DNA of 64,000 bases from Candidatus Methylomirabilota bacterium (GCA_036506275.1 DASXSB010000014.1:2402-66401), one strand, 5' to 3'. Positions 54,545 through 63,927 are shown, counted from the stretch's first letter. The notes: generated by a model not told the origin, from the letters alone. A program made the numbers and translations.

Positions 54545-55741
54545 ATGAGTGGCGTGCACGGTCCGCTCGTCCGCCTCGTCCTCGCCGGTCTGGTGCTCTG
54601 GAGCCTCGGCGCCCTGCCCGCCTTTGCGCAGGCGCCGATCAAGATCGGCAACCTCGTCGACCTCACCGGTCCCACCTCCGACCAGGGCAAGGACATCGCC
54701 CAGGGCCGGATCGACGCCGTGCAGTACCTGAACGAGCGCGGCGGCATCAACGGCCGGAAGATCGAGCTCGTCAGCGTCGAGTACGGATTCCAGCCGCCGC
54801 GCGCGGTGGCCGCCTACAAGAAGTTCGTCGACAACGACAAGGTCCTCCTCGTGCTCGGGTACGGCACGCCCGACACCGAGGCCCTGCGCCCCTACATCAC
54901 CAAGGACAAGGTGCCGTACCTCTCGGGCTCGTACTCCGGCCACCTCACGGATCCGCGGCAGACGCCGTACAACTTCCCGGGCGGCATCGACTACACGAGC
55001 CAGATCCGGATTTTCATGAACTACGTCAAGGAGACGTGGAAGGACACGAGCCGCAAGCCGCGCGTGGCGTTCATCTACGCCGACAACGCGTACGGCCGCG
55101 CGCCCATCGAGGCGGGACGGCTCTATGCGAAGGAGGCCGGCATCGACCTCGTGGACGAGGAGGTCATTCCCACCGTCCTCACCGACGCCACCTCCCAGCT
55201 CCTGACCATGCAGAAGAAGGATCCCGACTTCGCCTATATCAACACCAACACGCAGTGGGTGCCGGTGGTGCTGAAGGATTCTTACAAGCTCGGCCTCAAG
55301 ACCAAGTACGTCGTCAACAACTACGGTCTCGACGAGCGCACCCCGAGCCTGGCCGGCGACGCCGCCGAGGGCGCGATCGGGATCCAGGATGTCGCGTTCT
55401 GGGGTGACAACGTGCCCGGCATGAAGACCCTGATGGACTTCCACGCCAAGCACCACGGGAGCGACACGCACGCCTCGCCGTACATGCGGGGGTGGCTGTG
55501 GGTGATCGTGGCGTCGGAGGCGATCAAGCGGGCGGGGCCGAACCTGACGGGGGAATCCGTCAAGAACGCACTCGAGAGCCTGCGCGAGTTCGACACGTGG
55601 GGCCTCACCCCACCCTTCACGTACACCAACGAGGATCATCGGCCCACGAACCGGGCGCGCCTCGTCCAGATCAAGGGCGGCAAGATCACGCTCCTGCGGG
55701 AGGTCACCGTGGACCGTGACATGAAGTGGATCGGCAAGTGA
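54545..55741 (+). CDS. ABC transporter substrate-binding protein (LivJ/K-like type I PBP)
   Basis: Signal peptide ..ALPAFAQAP, IKIGNLVDLTGPTS, and a typical length of 398 aa. Confidence 0.9.
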   Translation: MSGVHGPLVRLVLAGLVLWSLGALPAFAQAPIKIGNLVDLTGPTSDQGKDIAQGRIDAVQYLNERGGINGRKIELVSVEYGFQPPRAVAAYKKFVDNDKVLLVLGYGTPDTEALRPYITKDKVPYLSGSYSGHLTDPRQTPYNFPGGIDYTSQIRIFMNYVKETWKDTSRKPRVAFIYADNAYGRAPIEAGRLYAKEAGIDLVDEEVIPTVLTDATSQLLTMQKKDPDFAYINTNTQWVPVVLKDSYKLGLKTKYVVNNYGLDERTPSLAGDAAEGAIGIQDVAFWGDNVPGMKTLMDFHAKHHGSDTHASPYMRGWLWVIVASEAIKRAGPNLTGESVKNALESLREFDTWGLTPPFTYTNEDHRPTNRARLVQIKGGKITLLREVTVDRDMKWIGK

Positions 55742-55754
55742 GCCGGAGGCGCGG

Positions 55755-56549
55755 TTGCTCCGGCTGAACAACGTCGAGGTCATCTACAGCGACGTCATTC
55801 TCGTCCTCAAGGGACTATCGCTGGAGGTGCCGGCGGGGGAGATCGTCGCCCTCCTCGGCGCCAACGGGGCGGGCAAGACGACGACGCTGAAGGCGATCTC
55901 GGGGCTGCTCAAGACCGAGGACGGCCGCGTCACCGACGGTCGCATCGAGCTCATGGGGCGGCGCATCGACGGGCTCGATCCCGAGGACATCTGCCGCCTC
56001 GGGATCGTGCAGGTGATGGAGGGGCGCAAGGTCCTCGAGTCGCTCAGCGTGGAGGAGAATCTTCGGATCGGGGGCTACACGCGCCGCGACCCCGACGGCG
56101 TCCGCCGGGATCTGGAGACGATCTACGCCTATTTCCCGCGCCTCGTGGAACGGCGGACGCAGCTCGCCGGCTATCTGAGCGGCGGCGAGCAGCAGATGCT
56201 GGTGATCGGGCGCGCCCTCATGGCCAATCCGAAGCTGCTCCTCCTCGACGAGCCCTCGCTGGGCCTGGCGCCGCTGCTGGTCCGCGAGATCTTCGACATC
56301 ATCCAGAAGATCAACGCCGAGCGCGGGACCACGATCCTGCTCGTGGAGCAGAACGCGCAGATCGCGCTCGCCATCGCTCACCGTGGTTACATCATGGAGA
56401 ACGGCCGGATCGTCCTCGACGGTCCGGCCGCGAAGCTGCGGGGCAACGACGACGTCCGCGAGTTCTACCTGGGGCTGAGCGAGGTCGGGCGGCGCAAGAG
56501 CTTCCGCGAGATCAAGTTCTACAAGCGGCGCAAGCGCTGGGCGTTCTGA
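55755..56549 (+). CDS. livF: Branched-chain-type ABC transporter ATP-binding protein (LivF-like)
   Basis: TTG start per the track. Walker A GANGAGKTT, signature LSGGEQQML, Walker B LLLLDEPSLGL. Confidence 0.92.
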   Translation: MLRLNNVEVIYSDVILVLKGLSLEVPAGEIVALLGANGAGKTTTLKAISGLLKTEDGRVTDGRIELMGRRIDGLDPEDICRLGIVQVMEGRKVLESLSVEENLRIGGYTRRDPDGVRRDLETIYAYFPRLVERRTQLAGYLSGGEQQMLVIGRALMANPKLLLLDEPSLGLAPLLVREIFDIIQKINAERGTTILLVEQNAQIALAIAHRGYIMENGRIVLDGPAAKLRGNDDVREFYLGLSEVGRRKSFREIKFYKRRKRWAF

Positions 56550-57469
56550 GCGCCCGCGCGCGCGCTCATGCGCTGCGGCTTGATGAGCAGCGTCCTGACC
56601 TCCGGGTTCGTCTTGCGCACGCGGTCCTCGACGGCGGCCACGATCCCTTCCACGTCCCCCGCGGAGAGGTCGTCCACGAAGTCGACGGCGATGGCGGCCA
56701 CGATCTGGTCGGGCCCGAGATGCACGGTGAACAGGCCCTCCGCGCGCTCGATCCCCGGCTGGGCGCGCGCGATGGAGCAGATCGACGCCACCACCTTCGA
56801 TTGCGCGGGCTCGCCGATGAGGAGGCCCTTGGCCTCGCGGGCGAGGAACATGGCGACGACGGCGAGGAGGACGCCGATGCCGATGGACGCGACGCCGTCG
56901 AGGACGGGGAGCCCGAGGACCTCGCTGGCCGCGATGCCGGCGAAGGCGATGACGATGCCGAGGAGGGCGGCGGTGTCCTCGAAGACGACCATGAACATCG
57001 TGGGGTCCTTGCTCTCCCGCGCCGCCTCGAGGTAACCGCGGTCACCCTTGGCGGCGCGAAACTCCCTGAGCGCCACCAGCCAGGAGCCGGCTTCGAACAG
57101 GAACGCGAGGACGAGGACGACGTAGTTGGCGCGGGAATTCCGGATGGGGACGGGGGCGAGGACGTGCTGCACGCCCTCGTAGGTGGAGACGCCCGCCCCG
57201 AGGCCGAAGATCACCAGCGTCACGATGAAGCTCCAGAAATACAGCTCGCGCCCGTGCCCGAGGGGGTGGATCTCATCGGGCGGGCGTGACGCGCGCCGCA
57301 GGCCGTAGAGCAGCAGCAGCTCGTTGCCGGTGTCGACGAGCGAGTGCACGGCCTCGCTCAGCATGGCGGCGCTGCCGGTGATGGCGGCCGCCGTGAGCTT
57401 GGTGGCGGCCACGAGGAGATTCCCCACCAGCGCGGCGTAGATGACCTTCCGGGACGAGCCCCTCGCCAT
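56519..57469 (-). CDS. Cation diffusion facilitator (CDF) family metal efflux transporter
   Basis: 316 aa; AMLSEAVHSLVDTGNE..HPLGHGRELYFW. The 3' end overlaps livF by 31 nt (convergent). Confidence 0.9.
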   Translation of the reverse strand: MARGSSRKVIYAALVGNLLVAATKLTAAAITGSAAMLSEAVHSLVDTGNELLLLYGLRRASRPPDEIHPLGHGRELYFWSFIVTLVIFGLGAGVSTYEGVQHVLAPVPIRNSRANYVVLVLAFLFEAGSWLVALREFRAAKGDRGYLEAARESKDPTMFMVVFEDTAALLGIVIAFAGIAASEVLGLPVLDGVASIGIGVLLAVVAMFLAREAKGLLIGEPAQSKVVASICSIARAQPGIERAEGLFTVHLGPDQIVAAIAVDFVDDLSAGDVEGIVAAVEDRVRKTNPEVRTLLIKPQRMSARAGAQNAQRLRRL

Positions 57470-57582
57470 GCCGTCATCTTATGGGCGGTTTCCATCCCGC
57501 GCACCGCGAAGGGAGCGGCGCGCCCGTGGGGACCGCGAAGTTTCTGTTCCTCCGGGCGGCGACGGTAGAGTAGTTCGAGCGC

Positions 57583-58803
57583 GTGTACATCGGAGTCTTC
57601 GCATCGAAAGCGTTGCTCGCCGTCGCCGTCTCGTGCGCGCTCGGCTGCGCGGGCCGGGCCGTGGTCATCGGCGACGACCTCGCACCCCGCGATCTCCGAT
57701 CCCTCGTGGATTCCGACGCCGCCCGCGACCTCCTCGCCGATCTCGTCGCACAGCGATCGCTCGATCCGAGTCTCGAGGCGCGCGCGCCCGGCGTCGCCCG
57801 CCCCGACATTCTGTGGGAGCGCCGGGCCAGCGCGGACGCCTACCGGCCCGACCTTCCCGACCAGACGCGTCTCCGCGACCTCGCTCGGCACACGTCCGTG
57901 GATTTCGCGGCGCTCTCCTTCGCGCGCGCGCTCACCGCGGATGCGATGAGCCGCGCCGTGCAGGCGGCCTTCGACCGGTTTCTCCACGACGGGACCGACG
58001 CCGCCGACGAGCTGCGGCCGCGGCCGGGAGTCTTCCCGTATACGGTGCTGTTCGCACCCTCTTGGATGCACCGCACGCATCCGGAGACGGGCGCCGACTT
58101 CGCGGCGCCGCGCCGCCTCGCCGCCCGTCTCGGCATCCGGCATCGCGTCATCGATACGGAGGAGAACGCGTCGATCGAGGACAACGCGGTGGTGATCGCC
58201 GCCGCCATCCGCGCCGCCCGGACGGAGACGGGCGGCGTGATCGTCATCTCCGCCAGCAAGTCGGGTGCGGAGGTGGCGCTCGCTCTCACGCGCCTGCTCG
58301 CGCCCGAGGAGACGCGCCACGTGGCGGCGTGGGTGAACGTCGTCGGCGCCCTCCACGGCAGCCCGCTCGCCGACGCGGGACTCCGTCCGCCGCTGTCCTG
58401 GTTCACGCGCACGGTGTTCTGGGTGAGGGGATGGAACTGGGACGGTGTGGCCTCGATGGCGACGGACCGGAGCCGTCGGCGGCTCCAGGGGGCGCGGATG
58501 CCGGAGTCGATCGCCGTCGTCAACGTGGTCGCGATTCCCGTCTCCGGGAGCGTCGGTGCCACGGTGTGGTGGGGCTACCGCCTCCTGCTCCGGCACGGTC
58601 CGAACGACGGCGTGGTGCTCCTTGCCGACACCGTGTGGCCGGGAGGCGCCAACATCGTGGCCATCGGGCCCGATCACCTCTTCGCGCCCCGGGAGGACGA
58701 TCAGCACAGCGTGGCGCTCATGCGCGCGATCGACGTCGCTGTACAGCTCCATCGCCTCCGCCGCGAGCGCGCCGCGCGCGTGCTAGGATCTGCGCGCCCA
58801 TGA
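57583..58803 (+). CDS. Putative lipoprotein with an alpha/beta-hydrolase (lipase/PGAP1-like) core
   Basis: GTG start. Lipobox-like AVSCALGC. VIVISASKSGAEVAL (nucleophile-elbow-like) and HGPNDGVV motifs. The family assignment is tentative. Confidence 0.7.
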   Translation: MYIGVFASKALLAVAVSCALGCAGRAVVIGDDLAPRDLRSLVDSDAARDLLADLVAQRSLDPSLEARAPGVARPDILWERRASADAYRPDLPDQTRLRDLARHTSVDFAALSFARALTADAMSRAVQAAFDRFLHDGTDAADELRPRPGVFPYTVLFAPSWMHRTHPETGADFAAPRRLAARLGIRHRVIDTEENASIEDNAVVIAAAIRAARTETGGVIVISASKSGAEVALALTRLLAPEETRHVAAWVNVVGALHGSPLADAGLRPPLSWFTRTVFWVRGWNWDGVASMATDRSRRRLQGARMPESIAVVNVVAIPVSGSVGATVWWGYRLLLRHGPNDGVVLLADTVWPGGANIVAIGPDHLFAPREDDQHSVALMRAIDVAVQLHRLRRERAARVLGSARP

Positions 58804-60377
58804 CGTCTGCCGTCCCCGACCCCGGAGTGCCGACCGGCGCGCTGCCGCTGCGGCTGGGCAGCGACAAGGACTTCGCGCGTGTCCGCGCCCTGTTCCGGGA
58901 TGCGAGCTTCGAGGAGCGCACGGTCTGCGAGCTGCTCGGGATCGACGACCCCTCCCTGATCGGCCGTGTCGACCCCGCCACGCCGCGCCTCGCCGACGCC
59001 AAGTCCCCCGTCCTGACCCTGCTCGTGCGGCTCTTTCTGTTCTTACAGTCGGTGCCCCGAGCCGACGTGGATCGGGTGATCGACGGGACGGCGAGGGAGG
59101 CGCTGCTCGCCCTCGATTTGCTGAGGCCCGTGGACGCCGCCGGCGGCGGGCCGTCCTACTACGCCCCCGTGTTCTTGAGTCCGGTCGCCGGTTTCGTGGT
59201 GGCGTCCGACCGGCACAGCAACCCCGACGGCTCACCCGCGATCGCCGCTCCCGACGCCGTCTTTCCCGCCATCTGGGGCGGGACGCTGCGCTTCCTGCGC
59301 GTGATCCCGAAGACGGACGCGGGGGCTGCGCTCGATCTCGGCGCCGGCTCCGGGATCGGCGCGTTCGTGCTCAGCCGACGGGCCCAGCGCGCGGTCGCCG
59401 CCGACATCACGGCTCGTGCCACTCACTTCGCCGCGTTCAACGCCGTGCTCAACGAGTGCCCGAACGTGGAGGCGCGGGAGGGCGACCTCTACGCGGCTGT
59501 CCCCGGGGAGACGTTCGATCGCATCGTCGCCCATCCGCCGTACGTCCCGTCGCTCGACACCGCGATGATCTTCCGCGACGGCGGCGAGACGGGCGAGGTT
59601 CTGGTGAGACGCATCATCGAAGGCCTCGACCGTCACCTGCGCCCGGGAGGAACGCTCTCGATCGTGTGCGCGGGCTGGGATACCGACAGCGGTCCCTTCG
59701 AGGCGCGCGCGCGGCTCTGGCTCGGCGCCTGCGACTCGGAATTCGACGTGATCTTCGCCTACACCAACGAGCTCTCGCCGCAGCAGCTCGCCACCCAGCT
59801 CGCGGGGCGGCGCCGCGGCGACGACGGCGGCGGGTTCGCGCGCTGGGACGACATCTTTCGCCGGGGCGGAATGCGCCGCCTGATGTACGGCGCGCTCGTC
59901 ATGCAGCGCCGGCGGACGGGCGCGCGGGAAGCGCCGGGTACGCCGTTGACGGCGCGTGTACGGCTGAGCGCCAGCACCGATGGCGCCTGTTTCGAATCGG
60001 CGTTCCGCTGGTACGACTGGCTCCGGGCCACGCCCGTGTCCGAGGTGGTGGAGGCGCTGGGGCGTAGCCGCCCGCGCCTCTCGGAAGCGCTCCGGGTGCG
60101 CGTCACACACGTCCCACATTCCGGAATGCTGGTGCCGGCGGAGTTCGTGTTGGAGAGCGACCGCCCCTTCTTCGCGGAGACGCGGGTGGAGCCGTGGATG
60201 GCAGCCGTGCTGGCGCAGCTCGACGGGGAGGCCACGGCCACCGCCGTCTACGCGAAGGCGCGGGAGGACGTGGTCATTCCGGAGTCGTTCGAGCACGCGG
60301 ACTTCATCGGCTTCCTGGCGAAGGCGATCGAGCGGGGGTACGTGGACATGCCTCCGTCCATCCTGTCTCCCGCCTGA
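58800..60377 (+). CDS. Class I SAM-dependent methyltransferase (HemK/PrmC-like, HPPY motif) flanked by extra N- and C-terminal domains
   Basis: ATGA overlap with the upstream gene. SAM-binding ALDLGAGSGIGAF. Motif IV IVAHPPYVP. 525 aa. The track ORF is extended upstream in a shadow frame. Confidence 0.8.
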   Translation: MTSAVPDPGVPTGALPLRLGSDKDFARVRALFRDASFEERTVCELLGIDDPSLIGRVDPATPRLADAKSPVLTLLVRLFLFLQSVPRADVDRVIDGTAREALLALDLLRPVDAAGGGPSYYAPVFLSPVAGFVVASDRHSNPDGSPAIAAPDAVFPAIWGGTLRFLRVIPKTDAGAALDLGAGSGIGAFVLSRRAQRAVAADITARATHFAAFNAVLNECPNVEAREGDLYAAVPGETFDRIVAHPPYVPSLDTAMIFRDGGETGEVLVRRIIEGLDRHLRPGGTLSIVCAGWDTDSGPFEARARLWLGACDSEFDVIFAYTNELSPQQLATQLAGRRRGDDGGGFARWDDIFRRGGMRRLMYGALVMQRRRTGAREAPGTPLTARVRLSASTDGACFESAFRWYDWLRATPVSEVVEALGRSRPRLSEALRVRVTHVPHSGMLVPAEFVLESDRPFFAETRVEPWMAAVLAQLDGEATATAVYAKAREDVVIPESFEHADFIGFLAKAIERGYVDMPPSILSPA

Positions 60378-60522
60378 ACGGCGGCGTGTCGCGCTGGCAG
60401 CGGGCCACCCCGCCGCGACGGCCCCCGGCCCTGTAAGCCCTCTCAACTAAGCGATTCCTGGCGGACGTGGGAGTGGTCCCTTCCTTGCTCCTGGCCGGTA
60501 TGAAAGGAGGAGCGGAAGGGCG

Positions 60523-60924
60523 ATGCCGGCGCTCGGGATGTGGTCAACCCAGACGATCCTGCGTACCGTCCTGGTCGTCCACGACGAGCCGCAGACCCGG
60601 AGCCTCCTCTCCGAGCTGCTGACCCGCTGCGATTACGAGGTGGTGACGGCTGCCAACGGCGCGGAAGCGGTGGCCGCCCTCCGCGAAACGCCGCCCGACG
60701 TGGTGCTCCTCGACCTCACGATCCCGGGTATGTCGGGCCTCGAGGTGATGGAGCGAATCCAAGCAGCGCGTCCGAGCACCCCGGTCATCGTCCTTTCCGG
60801 CTCTCCCGACGATTCCGCCGCGCTCGGCGCCGTGCGCATGGGCGCCTACGCCTACCTGCCGAAGCCGTTCGAGTTCGAGCACCTCCAGCGTCTGGTCGCG
60901 TCCGCTCTCGCCGCCCGGTCATAA
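60523..60924 (+). CDS. Single-domain response regulator (CheY-like receiver)
   Basis: VLVVHDEP..VVLLDLTIPGMSG..VIVLSGS..YLPKPF. The start may be ATG 60538. Confidence 0.88.
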   Translation: MPALGMWSTQTILRTVLVVHDEPQTRSLLSELLTRCDYEVVTAANGAEAVAALRETPPDVVLLDLTIPGMSGLEVMERIQAARPSTPVIVLSGSPDDSAALGAVRMGAYAYLPKPFEFEHLQRLVASALAARS

Positions 60925-61012
60925 ACTTCGTCCTTGACCGCCGCCCGCGGCCGGGGTATCGAGGTCGGGCGGCGACCCGGGGAAGCGCTCCCACCGCCCG
61001 AGAGGACGAACC

Positions 61013-61897
61013 ATGCAGCCCACGCGCGTCCGCCCCGCGCGGAGCCGCCACCCTCGTCACTGGTGGCTCATCGTGCTCGCCGCCACTGCGCTCGCGCTCG
61101 CCTCCGGGGAATCGCCGGCGGGGCCCTATCGCGAATACGAGATCCGCGTCACGGCGGACATGCCGGCCGCCCTCGCGCGCAATCCGACCGACAGCGACCT
61201 CATCCACGCCATCGCCTCGCTGATGACGACCAGGCTCGAGCTGCCGCTCCCGCCCAGCGTCCGCGCCTACGTCTACGTCAACGAGGCCACGCTCGTGGAC
61301 GGCCTCATCACGCTCGCGGGCGAGAAGAGCGAGGACGCCTGGGACCGTGGCCGTTTCGCGGCGGGCGTGGCCACGCGCGTGGGGATCTTCTTCCGCGGCG
61401 ACTATCTCGCCCAGATGCACCTGCTCGCGCGGGCGGGACTCTTCGCGCACGAGCTCACGCACGTAAGCCAGCGCACGCTCGCCAAGAACCGCCGCGTCCG
61501 CGGCGACCAGTGGCTGCGGGAGGGTCACGCCGACTGGGTGAAGTTCCGCGTGCTCGATCTGCTCGGATTTCGTCGCTTCAGCGAGTCGCGGGACGAAGTG
61601 ATGCGCGCGGTCCTGCGCTCGACGACGCCGCTTCATCTCTTCCCGTCCCTGGACACCCTCGCCAGCAACACGAGCTGGACGGCATCCATGAACCGGCTCG
61701 GCGCCCCCGCCACCTATGGCCAGGCGTTCCTGGCCGTGGACTGGCTCGTGGAGCGGCACGGCGACGACAAGGTGCGGGAGATCTTCACCCGTCATCAGGC
61801 CGACGGCGATTTCCAGGCGCAGTGGGCGAAAGTCTTTTCGATCTCCTACCGGGAGTTCGTGGAGGAGTTCCGGGCTCGCCTGGAGCTGATGCGCTGA
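61013..61897 (+). CDS. Secreted HExxH zinc metallopeptidase-like protein (peptidase MA-like)
   Basis: N-terminal signal/anchor WWLIVLAATALALASG. FAHELTHVSQ with a downstream EGHADW. Confidence 0.75.
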   Translation: MQPTRVRPARSRHPRHWWLIVLAATALALASGESPAGPYREYEIRVTADMPAALARNPTDSDLIHAIASLMTTRLELPLPPSVRAYVYVNEATLVDGLITLAGEKSEDAWDRGRFAAGVATRVGIFFRGDYLAQMHLLARAGLFAHELTHVSQRTLAKNRRVRGDQWLREGHADWVKFRVLDLLGFRRFSESRDEVMRAVLRSTTPLHLFPSLDTLASNTSWTASMNRLGAPATYGQAFLAVDWLVERHGDDKVREIFTRHQADGDFQAQWAKVFSISYREFVEEFRARLELMR

Positions 61898-61916
61898 CGC
61901 GCGGAGAGCGGCGGTG

Positions 61917-62318
61917 CTAGAAGCGGCGCCGGAAGTCGTCGGATTCGATACGCTCCCAGGCGAAGACGCTTACCCGGTACGCCGGCGCCGGGTCCCGCAC
62001 CGGCACCTCGAAGTACGACGAGTCGAACGGACCCAGCGTGCGGCCAAACCAGCTCACCTGCTGCGACAGGATCTGGCCGGACTGATCGAGGCCTTCCACG
62101 AGGAGCTGGATGCGGGTGGCGCCGCTCCCGTAGTCGTTGGTGAGGCGCCCTTCGATGACGGGCCGGCCGCGGCGTTCGGCGACCGTCCACGTGATCTTGA
62201 AGTAACGCTCCCAGCCGACGATCATCGGCTGCAGGAGCTCGGCGCCAACGGCGAAGCTCGGTCCCGTCACCCCGAGGGCGATCGCGAGAACGACTGCGTG
62301 AAGCGCCCACCGCCGCAT
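61917..62318 (-). CDS. Secreted hypothetical protein
   Basis: 133 aa, signal peptide MRRWALHAVVLAIALGVTGPSFA, no recognised motif. Confidence 0.6.
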   Translation of the reverse strand: MRRWALHAVVLAIALGVTGPSFAVGAELLQPMIVGWERYFKITWTVAERRGRPVIEGRLTNDYGSGATRIQLLVEGLDQSGQILSQQVSWFGRTLGPFDSSYFEVPVRDPAPAYRVSVFAWERIESDDFRRRF

Positions 62319-62431
62319 GACATGAGTGTGCGCCGTACGGGCGCACGCGTCAAACGTCGTGGGCGCGATGCGTCGTGCCTACCGGCGGTACGATGATCGT
62401 ACGACGCGAGTTCACCGACGGAGGCGGAGGC

Positions 62432-62785
62432 ATGGCGACGAGCATCGACGTTCAGGGATTGCCGCAGAGCCGGGCGTTGCGGGCGCTCATCGTCCGCCAG
62501 CTTTCCGCGATCTTTGCCACGCTCCGCGTTCCCCCCGTCAGCGCCCGCGCCATCTTCAGCGACGAAAACGGTCCCAAGGGCGGCGACGCCCTGCGCTGCG
62601 CGCTCACGGTGAAGCTACCGCGCGCGGCGTCGGTCCACGTCGAGGAGTGGTCGTCGACGCCGCGCCTCGCCTTCGATGGCGCCCTCGTCAAGCTCGAACG
62701 TCAGCTCGCCCGTCACCGTGAAGGGGCACGGGCGCTCCGGCGGCGACCGAAGAAGTACTTCGTCGCGAAACGCTTGCTCGCCTAG
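62432..62785 (+). CDS. HPF/RaiA-family-like ribosome-associated protein (short form)
   Basis: Start at ATG 62432 (RBS ggaggcggagg). SDENGPKGGDALRCALTVKL resembles the short HPF/RaiA-like family. Confidence 0.7.
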   Translation: MATSIDVQGLPQSRALRALIVRQLSAIFATLRVPPVSARAIFSDENGPKGGDALRCALTVKLPRAASVHVEEWSSTPRLAFDGALVKLERQLARHREGARALRRRPKKYFVAKRLLA

Positions 62786-62815
62786 CCGCCCTCGGAGCGC
62801 CCGCGCGGCGCCGAC

Positions 62816-63259
62816 CTAGGCCGCGCGCTGCTTGAGCGCGCGCACTCGATCGTGGGCATCCTTCACGCCGGCGTACTGGCGCTCCACGAGCCGGCGCACG
62901 TCGGGCGTGAGCTCCGCGCGCAGGGCTTTCTCGTAGCTCGTCTTCGCGACGTCCTCGCCCTCTTCGGCGGCGGCGATGACCGACGCGTCGTTCTGCCCGG
63001 TGACCGCCGACTTTAGATTTATCCATCCCCGGTGGAGACTCGCGGTGACGCTTCCGCTGCGCTCGGGCTCGCCGCCGAGCGCGCTCACTTGGCGCTGGAG
63101 CTCAGCCGAGAACTGGGACCGCTGCTGAGCGTATCCGAGGAAGAGCTGCTTCACGGCCGGATCACGGATGGCGTCGGCCGCCGTCGTGAATCCCTGCTCG
63201 CCGTCCTTGCACGTCTCGATCAGATCGTTGAGGGTGGAGATCGCCTCTTTCAAGGCCAT
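62816..63259 (-). CDS. PA2169-family four-helix-bundle (DUF2383, ferritin-like) protein
   Basis: 147 aa; LNDLIETCKDGEQGFTTAAD..LFLGYAQQR..EGEDVAKTSYEKAL. RBS aggagg. Confidence 0.8.
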   Translation of the reverse strand: MALKEAISTLNDLIETCKDGEQGFTTAADAIRDPAVKQLFLGYAQQRSQFSAELQRQVSALGGEPERSGSVTASLHRGWINLKSAVTGQNDASVIAAAEEGEDVAKTSYEKALRAELTPDVRRLVERQYAGVKDAHDRVRALKQRAA

Positions 63260-63331
63260 GGCATGGTCCTCCTGGTCCGATTCGACCGCTGCGGGCGGAG
63301 GGCTCCTCCATCGAGAGGCCCTCGTGATGAC

Positions 63332-63664
63332 TTAGAAACCGCGCTGCTTCATGCAGTCGCGGTACGCCTGCTGATACGCGGAGTCGTTCTGGCCGGCCGA
63401 CGCCATCCCGCGCAGTTGCGCGTCGCTCGCGCTCGACCCCGACCCGCTGGACATGGAGCCGGACGTGCTGCTGCGACTCGAAGGGCTCGCCCCGCCGGCG
63501 CGGCTCCCGGGCGCGGCGCTCGCGCTGGAGGACGATTGCGCCTCCTTGTTACACGCGTCGAAGTCGGCCTGGGCGGGTGTCTTGCTCTGCGCGAAGGCGC
63601 CCCCGGACACGGCGACGACGGTGGCGGCGGTGAAGATCGCCGTCGCGGTCTTGAAACCGTTCAT
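63332..63664 (-). CDS. Small secreted Ser/Gly-rich protein with a conserved-looking Cys-containing C-terminus
   Basis: Start at ATG 63664 (RBS aaggaggagg). Signal peptide ..SGGAFAQ. Low-complexity SSSSASAAPGS..SGSGSS. Tail AYQQAYRDCMKQRGF. Confidence 0.6.
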   Translation of the reverse strand: MNGFKTATAIFTAATVVAVSGGAFAQSKTPAQADFDACNKEAQSSSSASAAPGSRAGGASPSSRSSTSGSMSSGSGSSASDAQLRGMASAGQNDSAYQQAYRDCMKQRGF

Positions 63665-63788
63665 GATGCCTCCTCCTTGGGTTTCGCCGTAACGTTGAGG
63701 ACGGACGGCCCCTTCGACTTCAATGGCGGTGCCAGCAGGGAGCGGCGTGCGCCCGGAGTGCCGCAATTTCTACAAAGCGACAGCTTCC

Positions 63789-63817
63789 TTGCGGGCCCGG
63801 GGTGGGATAGGTATGCT
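63789..63817 (+). promoter_or_regulatory. Sigma-70-like promoter TTGCGG-N17-TATGCT upstream of tRNA-Leu
   Basis: Hexamers at 63789-63794 and 63812-63817, about 24 nt before the tRNA 5' end. Confidence 0.4.
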
Positions 63818-63840
63818 GCTTTCGCAGCCGTCGCAACACC

Positions 63841-63927
63841 GCGAGAGTGGCGAAACTGGCAGACGCGCTGGACTTAGGATCCAGTGGGCGAAAGCCCTTG
63901 GGGGTTCGACTCCCCCCTCTCGCACCA
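63841..63927 (+). tRNA. tRNA-Leu, anticodon UAG, class II (long variable arm), CCA encoded
   Basis: Manual cloverleaf. Acceptor GCGAGAG/CTCTCGC. D stem GCG/CGC. Anticodon stem CTGGA/TCCAG with loop CTTAGGA. Variable arm GGGC-GAAA-GCCC. T arm GGGGG-TTCGACT-CCCCC. Discriminator A plus CCA. Confidence 0.93.
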
